Origin: Bacillota bacterium
GTDB taxonomy: Bacteria; Bacillota; SHA-98; UBA4971
Length of the DNA: 64,000 nucleotides
Assembly: GCA_012516125.1 (NCBI GenBank)
Contig: JAAYXB010000058.1
Location: forward strand, 479-64,478
Reading direction: 5' to 3'
Part shown: one piece after another, positions 18,459 through 28,072 of the stretch
Position numbering within the stretch: position 1 is the first letter of the stretch
How the letters are laid out: the number at the start of each line of letters is the position of its first letter
Program-made: the position numbers and the translations under genes
The notes under the pieces: model-generated
The model's input: the letters and a program-made list of their open reading frames with translations, nothing else
Database searches by the model: none
What the model was told of the DNA's origin: nothing

Positions 18459-19685
18459 TCAGTCGAACGCAAAGGCAGCTTTGACCACCTTACTCGCAGA
18501 CTTGTGCAGGTTCGCCTCGATGGCCCTCCTGTAATCCTCAATCCTGAACGTATGCGTGAGGAGACGAGCAAGCGACACCTTCCGCTCCTTGAGAAGCGCG
18601 CACGCAAGCCTGTAGGTGGTCGTCCTCTCCCCTTGGTAGGTCTCGCCGCCGCACCAGAACGACCCGCGGACCGTGATCTCGTTGAGCCAGATGGGCGTCC
18701 AGTCGACCCCCTTCGCGAACGCCGCAAGACCCACGAGCACCATTCTGCCTCCGGACCGCGTGAACCTCAAAGCGTCGTCGATGCTGGTTGAGCTTCCCAC
18801 GCACTCGAACACGAGGTCGGCCCCACCCTGTACGATCCTTTTGCCGACCATAGGCTTTAGCACCTTGCCGCCCAGGATGTCCGCGAGGTCTTTGAAGTAG
18901 TCGTCGCTTTCCCGCGAGCATACCACGGCATCCGCCCCAAAGCTACGCGCAAGCTCCGCCTGGAACGGGTGTTTGGCCATGACGACCACCCTCGCGCGGC
19001 TACCGAGGGCGCGCAGGGCAGCGACCACGGATATCCCGATGACCCCCGCGCCCATAACGAGGCAGGTATCTGAATCAGCCGGGAAATTGCGGAGGACCGG
19101 ATGAAGCGCCGACGAGAACGCATCCACAAGCACCGCGTCCTCGAAGGAGATATCGTCGTCGAGCGGAATGATCTGGGACTTGTGGGCAACGAAATGCTCG
19201 CTCCAGCCGCCCCCGGTGTCACGACAGAGCCCTATGGCGAAGCCAGGCGATACGACGCCCGCGGTGAAGTTCCGGCACAGCGAGTAGTCGCCCCGCTTGC
19301 AAAACTCACACGGCTCGGATATCTCCCGGGGACCGCAAGAAAGGACCGGGTCCACAAGCACCCTCTGGCCGACGCGGATCTCGTCCACGTTGGCGCCCAC
19401 CTCCACGACTATGCCGCAATTCTCGTGCCCGAACGTGAACGGAAACGACACATACGGCGACGAGCTTGGGCTATCATGGAGAAGGATGAGGTTGATATCG
19501 CTCCCGCATATCCCGGAATATCGAGTTTTCACCTTCACCCAGTTCGTGCTGGGAAGCCTCGGCTCGTCCACCTCGCGCAGCACGACGCCGGAGAGCGGGC
19601 CGTAGAAGGCTTTCTCCGTAAACGCGCCCGCCGCCTTGGAGAAAAGGTAGCGGGGAACGGTGCCGAGGAACTGGACCGCCTTCAT
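18459..19685 (-). CDS. Zn-dependent alcohol dehydrogenase (MDR superfamily)
   Basis: Catalytic Zn motif GICGSDINL...GHENCG, structural Zn CGPREISEPCEFCKRGDYSLC, and NAD Rossmann LVMGAGVIG. The start at MKAVQ overlaps the upstream gene stop (ATGA). Confidence 0.75.
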   Translation of the reverse strand: MKAVQFLGTVPRYLFSKAAGAFTEKAFYGPLSGVVLREVDEPRLPSTNWVKVKTRYSGICGSDINLILLHDSPSSSPYVSFPFTFGHENCGIVVEVGANVDEIRVGQRVLVDPVLSCGPREISEPCEFCKRGDYSLCRNFTAGVVSPGFAIGLCRDTGGGWSEHFVAHKSQIIPLDDDISFEDAVLVDAFSSALHPVLRNFPADSDTCLVMGAGVIGISVVAALRALGSRARVVVMAKHPFQAELARSFGADAVVCSRESDDYFKDLADILGGKVLKPMVGKRIVQGGADLVFECVGSSTSIDDALRFTRSGGRMVLVGLAAFAKGVDWTPIWLNEITVRGSFWCGGETYQGERTTTYRLACALLKERKVSLARLLTHTFRIEDYRRAIEANLHKSASKVVKAAFAFD

Positions 19686-20911
19686 AATGCGGCGCGCCTC
19701 CTTGCCCCGATGATGCCCAGCTTCTCTCCGGCCCGCTCGAGACACTCGAGCGCGAAATCGATGTCCTCATCGGTATGGGACGCGAGCACATTCGCCCGGA
19801 GCCTGCACGTCTTCGGCGGAACCGCCGGCGGCAGGATCGGGCAGATGAATATGCCCTCATTGTGCAGGAGCATGGTGAGCTTGAGAGTGGTTTCCTCGTC
19901 CCCGATAACGATGGGGATCACGGAGCTCTTCGTGTGCAGCGTGTTGTAACCAAGCTTGTTGAGCCCACCCACGAACCTCTCGATATTGTGGCGCAGCTTT
20001 CCGATGCGCCACTTCTCCTCCTCTATGACATCGAAGGCCTCGCGCGCGGCCGCGACCGCCGCCGGGGGAAGCGCCGCGGAGAACACAAACCCGCGGGCGT
20101 TGTGACGCAGGAACGAGATGAAGTCAGCCTTGCCCGCCACGTATCCTCCGACCGCAGGGATGGTTTTGGATAGCGACCCTGTAAGGATATGTATCGCCCC
20201 CGCGGGAAGCCCGAAGTACTCCTGGATGCCATGTCCCGTCTCTCCAAGAACGCCCAGGGAATGTGCCTCATCCACGAGAAGCCACGCGTCGTACCTGTTG
20301 ACAAGCTCGATGAGCTCTGGCACCGGCGCCACATCGCCGTCCATGCTGTACACGGCGTCCACTATGACCAGCTTCCCACGGTACTTGTCCTTTGCATCCG
20401 CGAGGATGCGCTCGACGTCCTCGAGGCTGTTGTGCTCGAACCAGAGGAATTCCGCCCCCGAGAGCCTGCACCCGTCAACGAGGCTCGCGTGGGACAGCCT
20501 GTCGCATATCACCGCGTCCCCCCTTCCCATGAGCGACGCGATGGTGGCGACGTTCGCCAGAAAGCCACTGCTGAAAGCGATGGCGTCCTCGGTCCTCATG
20601 AACTCCGCCATCCTTCTCTCGAGGTCCACGTGCAGCTTCGTGGTGCCAGCGAGGATTCGCACGCCGTGGGTGCCCGTCCCGAACTCCTCGGTCGCCTTGT
20701 TGGCAGCGGCGTTGATCCTTGGGTGAGTGATGAGGCCAAGATACGAGTAAGAGGAGAATATCACCTTCCACCTGCCACCGATCTCCACCCTCGCGCCGTC
20801 GAGGGCGTCGACCTGTTGCAGATAGAAGTAAAGGTCTTCGTTCTTCACCTTGGTAAGCCTGCTGGAAAAGGCGTTGATCCTTCTCTGAAGGGAATTCGTG
20901 GACACTGACAT
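19682..20911 (-). CDS. PLP-dependent alpha-oxoamine synthase (Kbl/BioF/serine-palmitoyltransferase family)
   Basis: FSSYSYLGL motif and PLP-lysine region TGSLSKTIPAVGGYV. I place the start at MSVSTNS with GAGGAGG 7 nt upstream. Confidence 0.8.
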   Translation of the reverse strand: MSVSTNSLQRRINAFSSRLTKVKNEDLYFYLQQVDALDGARVEIGGRWKVIFSSYSYLGLITHPRINAAANKATEEFGTGTHGVRILAGTTKLHVDLERRMAEFMRTEDAIAFSSGFLANVATIASLMGRGDAVICDRLSHASLVDGCRLSGAEFLWFEHNSLEDVERILADAKDKYRGKLVIVDAVYSMDGDVAPVPELIELVNRYDAWLLVDEAHSLGVLGETGHGIQEYFGLPAGAIHILTGSLSKTIPAVGGYVAGKADFISFLRHNARGFVFSAALPPAAVAAAREAFDVIEEEKWRIGKLRHNIERFVGGLNKLGYNTLHTKSSVIPIVIGDEETTLKLTMLLHNEGIFICPILPPAVPPKTCRLRANVLASHTDEDIDFALECLERAGEKLGIIGARRRAAL

Positions 20912-21297
20912 GACACAGCCTCCTCGCGGCCAGGGCGCGGCCAGGTTGTGGGAAAACACCCTGAGGTTAGTCTACCACCGGGCGAGGACCGGTGTCAACA
21001 TTTTTGTGCACAACCCTCCCGAGCCCAGCGTCCCAGTTGTCGGCCTGAGAGAAGGCCCAGAAACGCTCCCCTTTGGGGGGAGCGTGCGGTCTTCGCAAGA
21101 GCGATACTAAGACCCGGCCAGTTGCCAATCGGAGTGGCTGAGGCCCCCGCCGGTGTGATATGATCAACCCGTGACCGCCGCAACGGTCGCGACCTGTACG
21201 AGTGCCGAGACTGCCCGAAGCGGCCGGATCCCGCGGCTCGCCCAGATCGCGGTCACGTTCGGCGGCACCACAAAGAACGAAGCAGGTGGTGACCATT

Positions 21298-22044
21298 ATG
21301 CAGCTTTCCCGAATCGCGGAGCACCTCGATTCTTATCTCCGTGTCGCCGAAATCGACGATTCCTCAGTGAACGGGCTTCAGGTGGAGACGGACAGGGACA
21401 TCACACGCATCGCAGCGGCGGTGGACGCGAGCCTTGACTCCTTCACGCGCGCGCAGGAAACCGGTGCCGAACTCCTCCTCGTTCACCACGGGCTTTTCTG
21501 GGAGAAGGCGCCCCTTAGAGGAGCGCTCTACCGCCGGGTCAGGTTCCTCATCGAAAATGGTATCGGCCTTTACGCCGCCCACCTCCCACTGGACATGCAC
21601 CCGGAAGTAGGCAACAACGCCCAGCTCGCGAAGATGATCGGCCTGGTGAACATAAAGCCCTTCCTCCGGTACAGAGGCTCGCTCATCGGCCTCATTGGCG
21701 AAGTGAAAGCGACGAGCGCGCAGGACTTCGCCGCTCTGGTCGAGCGTCGCCTCGGCTCTCCGGTGAAACTCCTCGACTTTGGAAGGCCTGCGATTACGCG
21801 GGTAGCGATATGCAGCGGCGGGGGCGGACCGGATCTGGTGCAGGCAGTGGAGGCTGGGGCGGACGTGTACCTGACCGGAGAGACCAGCCACGGGGCGGCC
21901 ACCCTTGCGCGGGACGCCGGAATCAATGTCATCTTCGCCGGGCACTATGCCACGGAGACCCTGGGCCCGCGGGCGCTCGCAAAGCACATCGAGGACACCT
22001 TCGGCATACCCACGGTTTTCATCGAAAGCCCCACCGGCCTGTAG
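21298..22044 (+). CDS. Nif3-family dinuclear-metal-centre protein (YqfO/YbgI)
   Basis: 249 aa from MQLSRIAEHLD. Conserved HHG...H...ETSHG layout. An extended -10 box TGaTATGAT sits at ~21150. Confidence 0.85.
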   Translation: MQLSRIAEHLDSYLRVAEIDDSSVNGLQVETDRDITRIAAAVDASLDSFTRAQETGAELLLVHHGLFWEKAPLRGALYRRVRFLIENGIGLYAAHLPLDMHPEVGNNAQLAKMIGLVNIKPFLRYRGSLIGLIGEVKATSAQDFAALVERRLGSPVKLLDFGRPAITRVAICSGGGGPDLVQAVEAGADVYLTGETSHGAATLARDAGINVIFAGHYATETLGPRALAKHIEDTFGIPTVFIESPTGL

Positions 22045-22173
22045 GCTCCCCAGAACACGCGAAGCCCCTTTGGTGAGGGCACCCCGCTCGGACGAAGGGT
22101 GCCCTCATTGGCATACCCTGGTCATACAGAGATCTCTGGGACCATGATAACTTTTGTTGATCTGGATATTGAC

Positions 22174-22208
22174 ATTATGATGCGCGGGCTTTATGATATT
22201 AATGCACT
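22174..22208 (+). promoter_or_regulatory. consensus sigmaA-type promoter TTGACA-N17-TATGAT
   Basis: Direct reading in an AT-rich island: attGACAttatgatgcgcgggctttatgatatt. Confidence 0.5.
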
Positions 22209-22256
22209 GCTTAACCTTATTGAGATTACCCAAAACCCAACGCGGAGGTGCCGGCC

Positions 22257-22426
22257 ATGTTCATTGTGCTGGGCGACGTTAGGATCGAGATAACGAGGGT
22301 GCCGCGTCCGAACGCCGAGGAAACCACGAGGCGTACATACGAGGCGATGAAGGCAGCGAAGGAATACGAGGATACGCGGCGCGTGTACGAGGTGAAGGCC
22401 CTTCGGTACGCCCCGTGGGTCCGCTG
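22257..22426 (+). CDS. small hypothetical protein (56 aa), below the ORF-track size cut-off
   Basis: ATG at 22257 is preceded by GGAGGTG at 7-nt spacing. MFIVLGDVRIEITRVPRPNAEETTRRTYEAMKAAKEYEDTRRVYEVKALRYAPWVR*. Lies downstream of the consensus promoter above. Confidence 0.35.
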
Positions 22427-22525
22427 ACGCAGCGGGCCGGGCTATTCCCCCGATCTCAAGACAGGCGCGCAGACGAGACAGGGCCGCGTGGACAGGAAAG
22501 GGCGCCCTCGCAGCGCACGTACGAG

Positions 22526-23698
22526 CTACGGCGCCTCGCCCACCGTGACCGTCACCTTGACCACGCGACCGTCCCGATAAACCTCGAGATCAAGGCGCCC
22601 GCCGATCCCGGCCGAGTTCACCGCCTCGCGGAGATCGGCGATGGTTCTGAGCCTCTTGCCGCCAGCGGAGAGGATAATGTCGCTGCGACGGAGACCTGCA
22701 GCGGCGGCGGGGCTTTGCCGCACGTAGCTCACGACCGCGAGGCCGCTGTCGACTGGAAGGCGATAGTCACGCGCGACCTCGGGGGTTATCGCCCACACCT
22801 GCGTGATGCCGATCCACGGCCGTCTCACCTTGCCGTACTCGATTATCTCCGACGCAATCTTTCTTGCGGTCTTGATGGGAATCGCAAACCCTATGCCCTG
22901 AGCCTGCGGAATGATAGCGGTATTGATCCCGACGACAGCACCGGTCTCATCCACGAGCGCTCCTCCGCTGTTCCCCGGGTTGATGGGAGCGTCGGTCTGG
23001 ATGAGGTTCTCAAGATAGATCCCCTGCTCCTCGTCGAGGGGGAGAGATCTCCCGAGGGCGCTTATGACCCCCGCCGTTACCGTGTGGTCGAACCCGAACG
23101 GGTTTCCGATCGCCACAGCAAGTCCGCCCACCTGGAGCGCGTCTGAGTCACCCAGCCGTGCCACGGGAAGGCTATCGCCTTTCACTTGCAGTACGGCGAG
23201 GTCAGTATAGTAATCGCCGCCCACGACTCTCGCAGTGAACTCGCGGCCGTCGCTGAGCACCACGCCGATCTGCGTCGCCTTCTCGATCACATGATAGTTC
23301 GTGAGCACATAGCCGCGAGGGTCGAAGATAACCCCTGAGCCCAGGCCCTCCTCCCGCTGGACCATGCGCTCGAAGAAGAAATTGTAGAACACCCTCTCAC
23401 GGAGAGTCGAAATCTTCACCACCGACGGACCGACGTCCCTCGCGATAGCCGCCACTATGGAAGTCGGCCCACCGAGCGACGGAGGCGCGGCATCCTCTGT
23501 GGGCGCCCTGTCGGCGGACCCCGCCTCTCCCTCCGGCCCCGGCGCCTGCGGCAGCGCGGCCATCCGCCTGTCGACGGCGCTCAGGAGTATCGCGCCCACA
23601 AGAAGCCCGCCGACAACTGCTCCCGCGAGCGCCACAAGGAAGTACGCCGCGAAAGGCCCACGCCTCGTCCCGTAGCCGAAGGAACCCATTGCCCTCAC
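22526..23698 (-). CDS. htrA: HtrA/DegP-family serine protease (trypsin-like domain + PDZ)
   Basis: Catalytic triad context ...TNYHVI..., ...D.AVL..., GNSGGALV. C-terminal PDZ. N-terminal TM anchor. Confidence 0.85.
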   Translation of the reverse strand: MRAMGSFGYGTRRGPFAAYFLVALAGAVVGGLLVGAILLSAVDRRMAALPQAPGPEGEAGSADRAPTEDAAPPSLGGPTSIVAAIARDVGPSVVKISTLRERVFYNFFFERMVQREEGLGSGVIFDPRGYVLTNYHVIEKATQIGVVLSDGREFTARVVGGDYYTDLAVLQVKGDSLPVARLGDSDALQVGGLAVAIGNPFGFDHTVTAGVISALGRSLPLDEEQGIYLENLIQTDAPINPGNSGGALVDETGAVVGINTAIIPQAQGIGFAIPIKTARKIASEIIEYGKVRRPWIGITQVWAITPEVARDYRLPVDSGLAVVSYVRQSPAAAAGLRRSDIILSAGGKRLRTIADLREAVNSAGIGGRLDLEVYRDGRVVKVTVTVGEAP

Positions 23699-23764
23699 CT
23701 CGTGCCGAGCGTCATACCCCGCGCGCCTCTCAACCCGCGCACGTGACTCCCGAATACCCGCACC

Positions 23765-25255
23765 TTACGCCTCTGCCGCTGCCGCGCCTCCGGTCTCAAC
23801 GATCCTGCGGGCGCTGTCCAGGATGGCCGAGAGCCGTTCTTTGCTTGGAGCCTCGGCGTATATCCTGACCACTGGTTCTGTGCCCGACGCCCTGACAAGG
23901 AACCAGCCTCCGTCGGCAAGCTCGATCTTCACGCCATCCACGGTCGATACCCGCGACACCGGCGCGCCCGCAACCTTGCACGGAGGACTATCACACAGCA
24001 TGCCGACGATCTTCTCTCTGGCCGGACCTTCCACGTGTAGGTCCACCCGTTGGCTGTAGAAAGGGCCGACCTCGTCCACGAGGGCACGAAGCGTTTCCTT
24101 GAGGGGCCGCCCCGTGAAAGCGCGCATTTCGGCCACAAGCAGGCACGCGAGAATACCGTCCTTCTCGGGGACGTGACCGCCGATGCTGAGGCCCCCGCTC
24201 TCCTCGCCCCCAATGACCACCTTCGCGCGCCTCATCTCCGCCGATATGTACTTGAAGCCGACGGGCGTCTCCCGCACCTCGAGCCCACAAGCGCGAGCAA
24301 CGGCGTCCACCATGTGGCTCGTGGCCGCAGTCCGCACGGCGACGCCCTTCATCCCGCGATTGCGGGCAAGGTGCGCGACGAGGAGCGAGATGACCTGGTT
24401 TGGCGAGAGAAACGTCCCGTCCTCGTCAATGACACCGAATCTATCCGCGTCGCCGTCCGTCGCAAGCCCAAGGTTTGCGCCGATCTCCCTCATCTTTGAG
24501 GCAAGGTCCTTTAGCCTCTGCTCCGAGGGATCGGGAGAGCCTCCGCCGAACAGCGGGTCCCGCCTATGATTTATGACAACCACGTGGCGAGATTGCAGGA
24601 TCCGGTCAAGATACCCGCGGCCAGACGCATACATCGGATCGTACACGATACGTAGCCCGCCACGGCGGATGGCGTCAAGGTCCACTAGGCGTGAGACGTG
24701 GTCAACATAATCGCCCATTGGATCAAAGGAGGTGATGGAGGCGGTGGGGATGGTTCCGTCCACCGCGCGCCCACCGCCGGCAACTCCGGTGCGCTCCACC
24801 CCCCCGGTAGCCTCGACCTTCGCAATGTGCCTTTCGATTTCAGAAGTCACATCAGGCATGGCCGGACCGCCGTACTCCGCGATCCACTTCACGCCGTTGT
24901 ACTCAGGAGGGTTGTGGCTCGCCGTGAACATGACAGCCCCGGCTCGCTTCCCATGGACAACTGCGTAAGCGGCAACAGGCGTGGGTGTATCGCGCGATGT
25001 AACCCAGACGTTTATGCCATTTGCCACAAGAACCGAGGCCGCCTCCTGCGCGAACCTCTCTGACAGGAACCGGGCGTCGTAGGCGACCACGACCCCCTTG
25101 CCTGCAAGGCTCGTCTCATTCAAGTAGTCCGCAATGGCCTGGACCACCACGCGGGCGTTTGGAAAAGTGAAGTCCTCGCACATGACGGCACGCCAGCCGT
25201 CTGTGCCGAACCTGATGCGGCTCACATTCGCCACCCTTTCACCTTGCCTGGCCAT
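23765..25255 (-). CDS. phosphoglucomutase/phosphomannomutase-family phosphohexomutase
   Basis: RFGTDGWRA N-terminus. Active-site FTASHNPPEYNG. Mg site DGDADR. GGEESGG sugar-binding loop. Confidence 0.8.
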   Translation of the reverse strand: MARQGERVANVSRIRFGTDGWRAVMCEDFTFPNARVVVQAIADYLNETSLAGKGVVVAYDARFLSERFAQEAASVLVANGINVWVTSRDTPTPVAAYAVVHGKRAGAVMFTASHNPPEYNGVKWIAEYGGPAMPDVTSEIERHIAKVEATGGVERTGVAGGGRAVDGTIPTASITSFDPMGDYVDHVSRLVDLDAIRRGGLRIVYDPMYASGRGYLDRILQSRHVVVINHRRDPLFGGGSPDPSEQRLKDLASKMREIGANLGLATDGDADRFGVIDEDGTFLSPNQVISLLVAHLARNRGMKGVAVRTAATSHMVDAVARACGLEVRETPVGFKYISAEMRRAKVVIGGEESGGLSIGGHVPEKDGILACLLVAEMRAFTGRPLKETLRALVDEVGPFYSQRVDLHVEGPAREKIVGMLCDSPPCKVAGAPVSRVSTVDGVKIELADGGWFLVRASGTEPVVRIYAEAPSKERLSAILDSARRIVETGGAAAAEA

Positions 25256-25900
25256 CTAGTACTCGATCCCCCGGCGTGCCATGACGCCCTGCTCGAAGGG
25301 GTGCCTCACCTGACGCATCTCCGTGATGAGGTCTGCGCGGGCGAGCACTTCTTCAGGCATCTTCCTGCCGGTGAGCACAAGCTCTACATTGGGGCTTCTG
25401 CCATCGATCACCTTCAAGATCTCCTCGACCGAAACGAGCCCAAAATGCGCTACAAGTGAGATCTCGTCGAGGATGAGAACATCCGCCGAGCCGCTGGAAG
25501 CCACGTCGTGCGCCATGGCAAGCCCCCTGCGGGCAAGGTCCCGGTCCTCATCGGTCACCTCGCCCTCCCGCAGAAAGCACTCGGCGCATCCCCAACACCT
25601 GGCGAGCCCCTGTCTTATCGCTGAGGCCCTCCGACAGTCGCGTCCGAACTGGAAGAGTCGGATTTCGGGATAGAGCCGCTCCACGGCAAGAAGTTCCCCC
25701 GTGTAACTCGCCCCTTTTGCGAACTGAATCACAACTACGCGGAACCTGTGCCCCGCCGCTCGCAGGGCAAGCCCCAGCGCTGCCGTGGTCTTGCCTTTGC
25801 CGTCACCGGTATAGACCTGCACAAGACCTCTCTCAAGGCCCACCGGCGTGGCGCAAGCCTCAGGAAAACCCCTGGTCTCCTCGACAACACCCAGTCCCAA
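25256..25900 (-). CDS. cobO: cob(I)alamin adenosyltransferase (CobO/BtuR type)
   Basis: GLVQVYTGDGKGKTTAALGLALRA P-loop and ILDEI motif. The stop TAG is immediately followed by the ATG of the phosphohexomutase gene. Confidence 0.8.
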   Translation of the reverse strand: MGLGVVEETRGFPEACATPVGLERGLVQVYTGDGKGKTTAALGLALRAAGHRFRVVVIQFAKGASYTGELLAVERLYPEIRLFQFGRDCRRASAIRQGLARCWGCAECFLREGEVTDEDRDLARRGLAMAHDVASSGSADVLILDEISLVAHFGLVSVEEILKVIDGRSPNVELVLTGRKMPEEVLARADLITEMRQVRHPFEQGVMARRGIEY

Positions 25901-25965
25901 CCGGACTCCACCCCCTCCTGCGAACGGCTCACGCCCGCGCCATCATCGGCCTGCCCGCGACCCGC

Positions 25966-26763
25966 TCACCGTACTTCCGTTCGCGCCAGACCCGACACCA
26001 GCACCGCCTGGGGCCTTCCGTTCACGGGGTGCGGCCCGACGCAAGACCTTACGCCGTATACCTCTTCGATGACCTGGGCTGTGATGACCTCGCCGGGCGA
26101 GCCGGACGCCGCAACACGTCCACCTTTCAGCATCACTATTCTGTCGCAGTACTGGGCGGCGAGATTCACGTCGTGCAGCACAGCCAAGACACCAAGGCCG
26201 TCGTGCCGCGAGAGGCTCCAGACAAGATCCATGATCTCCACCTGATGCCTCGGGTCCAGGTGCGACGTGGGCTCGTCGAGCAACAGAATCCGTGGCTCCT
26301 GGGCAAGCGCCCGGGCTACCATAACTCGCTGTCTTTCCCCATAGGACAGCTCCGTGACGGGGCGCTTTGCGAGATGCGCCACCTGCGTCGCCTCCATGGC
26401 CCGCTCTGCGGCCTCGATGTCCCGCTGCGTCTCCCCGGTGAACCTCCCGAGGTGGGCCCAGCGGCCCATCAGCACGATGTCCCTCACGCTGAACGAGAAA
26501 GGCGTGTGTCCGTTCTGCGGAACGACCGCAAGGCGCCGCGCAACGGCCTTTGCACTCATCTTCTGAATGTCCAGCCCGTCCAGGGTCACCTTGCCACTCA
26601 CCGGGCGCAGCGCCCCTGCCATCGCCCGCAGGAGCGTGGTCTTGCCGGACCCGTTCGGGCCGAGCACACCAACGAGTTCCCCCCCGGAAACGGAGAGGGA
26701 TACTCCGTCCAACGCCGTTATTATACCGTACATGCAACGGATGGAAAACACGTCCAATCTCAT
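25966..26763 (-). CDS. ABC transporter ATP-binding protein (FecE/BtuD-like, iron-siderophore/cobalamin family)
   Basis: Walker A GPNGSGKTTLL, signature LSYGERQRVMVARAL, Walker B ILLLDEPTSHLD. Confidence 0.85.
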   Translation of the reverse strand: MRLDVFSIRCMYGIITALDGVSLSVSGGELVGVLGPNGSGKTTLLRAMAGALRPVSGKVTLDGLDIQKMSAKAVARRLAVVPQNGHTPFSFSVRDIVLMGRWAHLGRFTGETQRDIEAAERAMEATQVAHLAKRPVTELSYGERQRVMVARALAQEPRILLLDEPTSHLDPRHQVEIMDLVWSLSRHDGLGVLAVLHDVNLAAQYCDRIVMLKGGRVAASGSPGEVITAQVIEEVYGVRSCVGPHPVNGRPQAVLVSGLARTEVR

Positions 26764-26764
26764 G

Positions 26765-27796
26765 CTACAGCACCCCGGTCGTCTTCCGACGCCTCAATAG
26801 GTACAGGAAGAACGGCCCCCCTGCGAGGGCTGTGATGACTCCCACCGGGATCTCCCCCGGCGCTATGACCATGCGCGCAAGGGTGTCCGCCGCCACCAGA
26901 AAGCCTGCCCCAACGACGGCGCACGCCGGTATAAGGACCCTGTGGTCTGGCCCCAGGACGAGCCTTACAGTGTGAGGAACCACGAGCCCCACAAACCCGA
27001 TGATGCCGCCGACCGAAACAGCCGCCGCGGTAACGAGCGAGGCGGCAAGTATCGCGACGCGCTTGAACTCCTCGGGGTCGAGGCCGAGGTAGCGCGCCTC
27101 TTCGTCGCCCAGGCTGATGAGGTTGAAGTCGCGAGCCAGCACGACGAGGGCGGCGATGCCGGCCGCCATGTACGGAAAGGCCAGCTTCACGTGGGCGTAT
27201 CCCTTATTCGAAAGGCTCCCCATGAGCCACATCATCGCCTCACGGATGGTATCGCCGGACACGACGAGGAGAAACGATATCGCCGCCCAGAGGAACGACC
27301 CCACGACCACGCCCGCAAGCAGGAACGTGTCCGTGGGAAGTCTGCCCGATACCCGTGCGAGAGAGTATACGACCACCATCGTGGCAACAGCGCCGAGAAA
27401 GGCAAGAATCGGGACGGAGCCTACCCCCAGGATTGAGACGGGTACACCAGCTACCATGGCGATAGTCGCGCCAAGCCCCGCGCCCGCTGACACCCCCACA
27501 ACGTACGGATCGGCGAGGGGATTCCTGAGAAGGCCCTGCAGCGCCGCCCCAGCGGTGGCCAGGGAAGCGCCTACCATGGCAGCGAGCAGTATCCGGGGCA
27601 GGCGCACCTGAAGGAGGATGACCTCGTGGGATGCCGGCCACCCCTCCCGCAGGGCAGCGCCTCCCCCGCGCACAAAGGGTACTCGCTGAATCAGTATACC
27701 TGCGACCTCGGTCGGCGGAATCCGCACAGAGCCTGTGCCGGCGGCAATCAGCATGACCAGGGCAAGGCCCAGGACAAGGACGGGCAAATGGGCCAT
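26765..27796 (-). CDS. FecCD-family ABC permease (BtuC-like)
   Basis: In ORF 26765..28042(-). I place the start at [10 protein letters not shown], with GGAAGGGGG upstream. About 9 TM segments, typical of FecCD. Confidence 0.75.
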   Translation of the reverse strand: MAHLPVLVLGLALVMLIAAGTGSVRIPPTEVAGILIQRVPFVRGGGAALREGWPASHEVILLQVRLPRILLAAMVGASLATAGAALQGLLRNPLADPYVVGVSAGAGLGATIAMVAGVPVSILGVGSVPILAFLGAVATMVVVYSLARVSGRLPTDTFLLAGVVVGSFLWAAISFLLVVSGDTIREAMMWLMGSLSNKGYAHVKLAFPYMAAGIAALVVLARDFNLISLGDEEARYLGLDPEEFKRVAILAASLVTAAAVSVGGIIGFVGLVVPHTVRLVLGPDHRVLIPACAVVGAGFLVAADTLARMVIAPGEIPVGVITALAGGPFFLYLLRRRKTTGVL

Positions 27797-28072
27797 GCCC
27801 CGCCCCCTTCCGGCCGGTCGGGCCGCACCGGCACCTGCCGCGTCGCCGGGTCCCGACCCATCAGGGCACACCCGGCCTCCACCCTGCGTGGTAACTGTCA
27901 TCGATACATCCGCCTTTCCTTGCCTCTCGTTTCCCGGTATCCGCCTGAGGCCGCACCTGCCATGAAGGCGTTCACGGATTGTCGCTGCCACAAGCCCCCC
28001 GTCGGAGACGAGTTCATTGCGCCTGGCGATGCGGCTGGCCATGCAGCTAGTGGCATTGCCGTCTCGTGCACG

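Noticed and set aside
25717-26835. 372-aa plus-strand ORF spanning cobO and the ABC ATPase
   Set aside because: Antisense to two well-supported genes, Arg/Pro-rich, with no motifs.
27797-28042. Longer start (28042) for the FecCD permease, adding 82 N-terminal residues
   Set aside because: The extension (…GKADVSMTVTTQGGGRVCPDGSGPGDAAGAGAARPAGRGRG) is low-complexity and non-hydrophobic, while the internal Met begins the first TM helix and has a GGAAGGGGG SD. I kept it only as an alternative.
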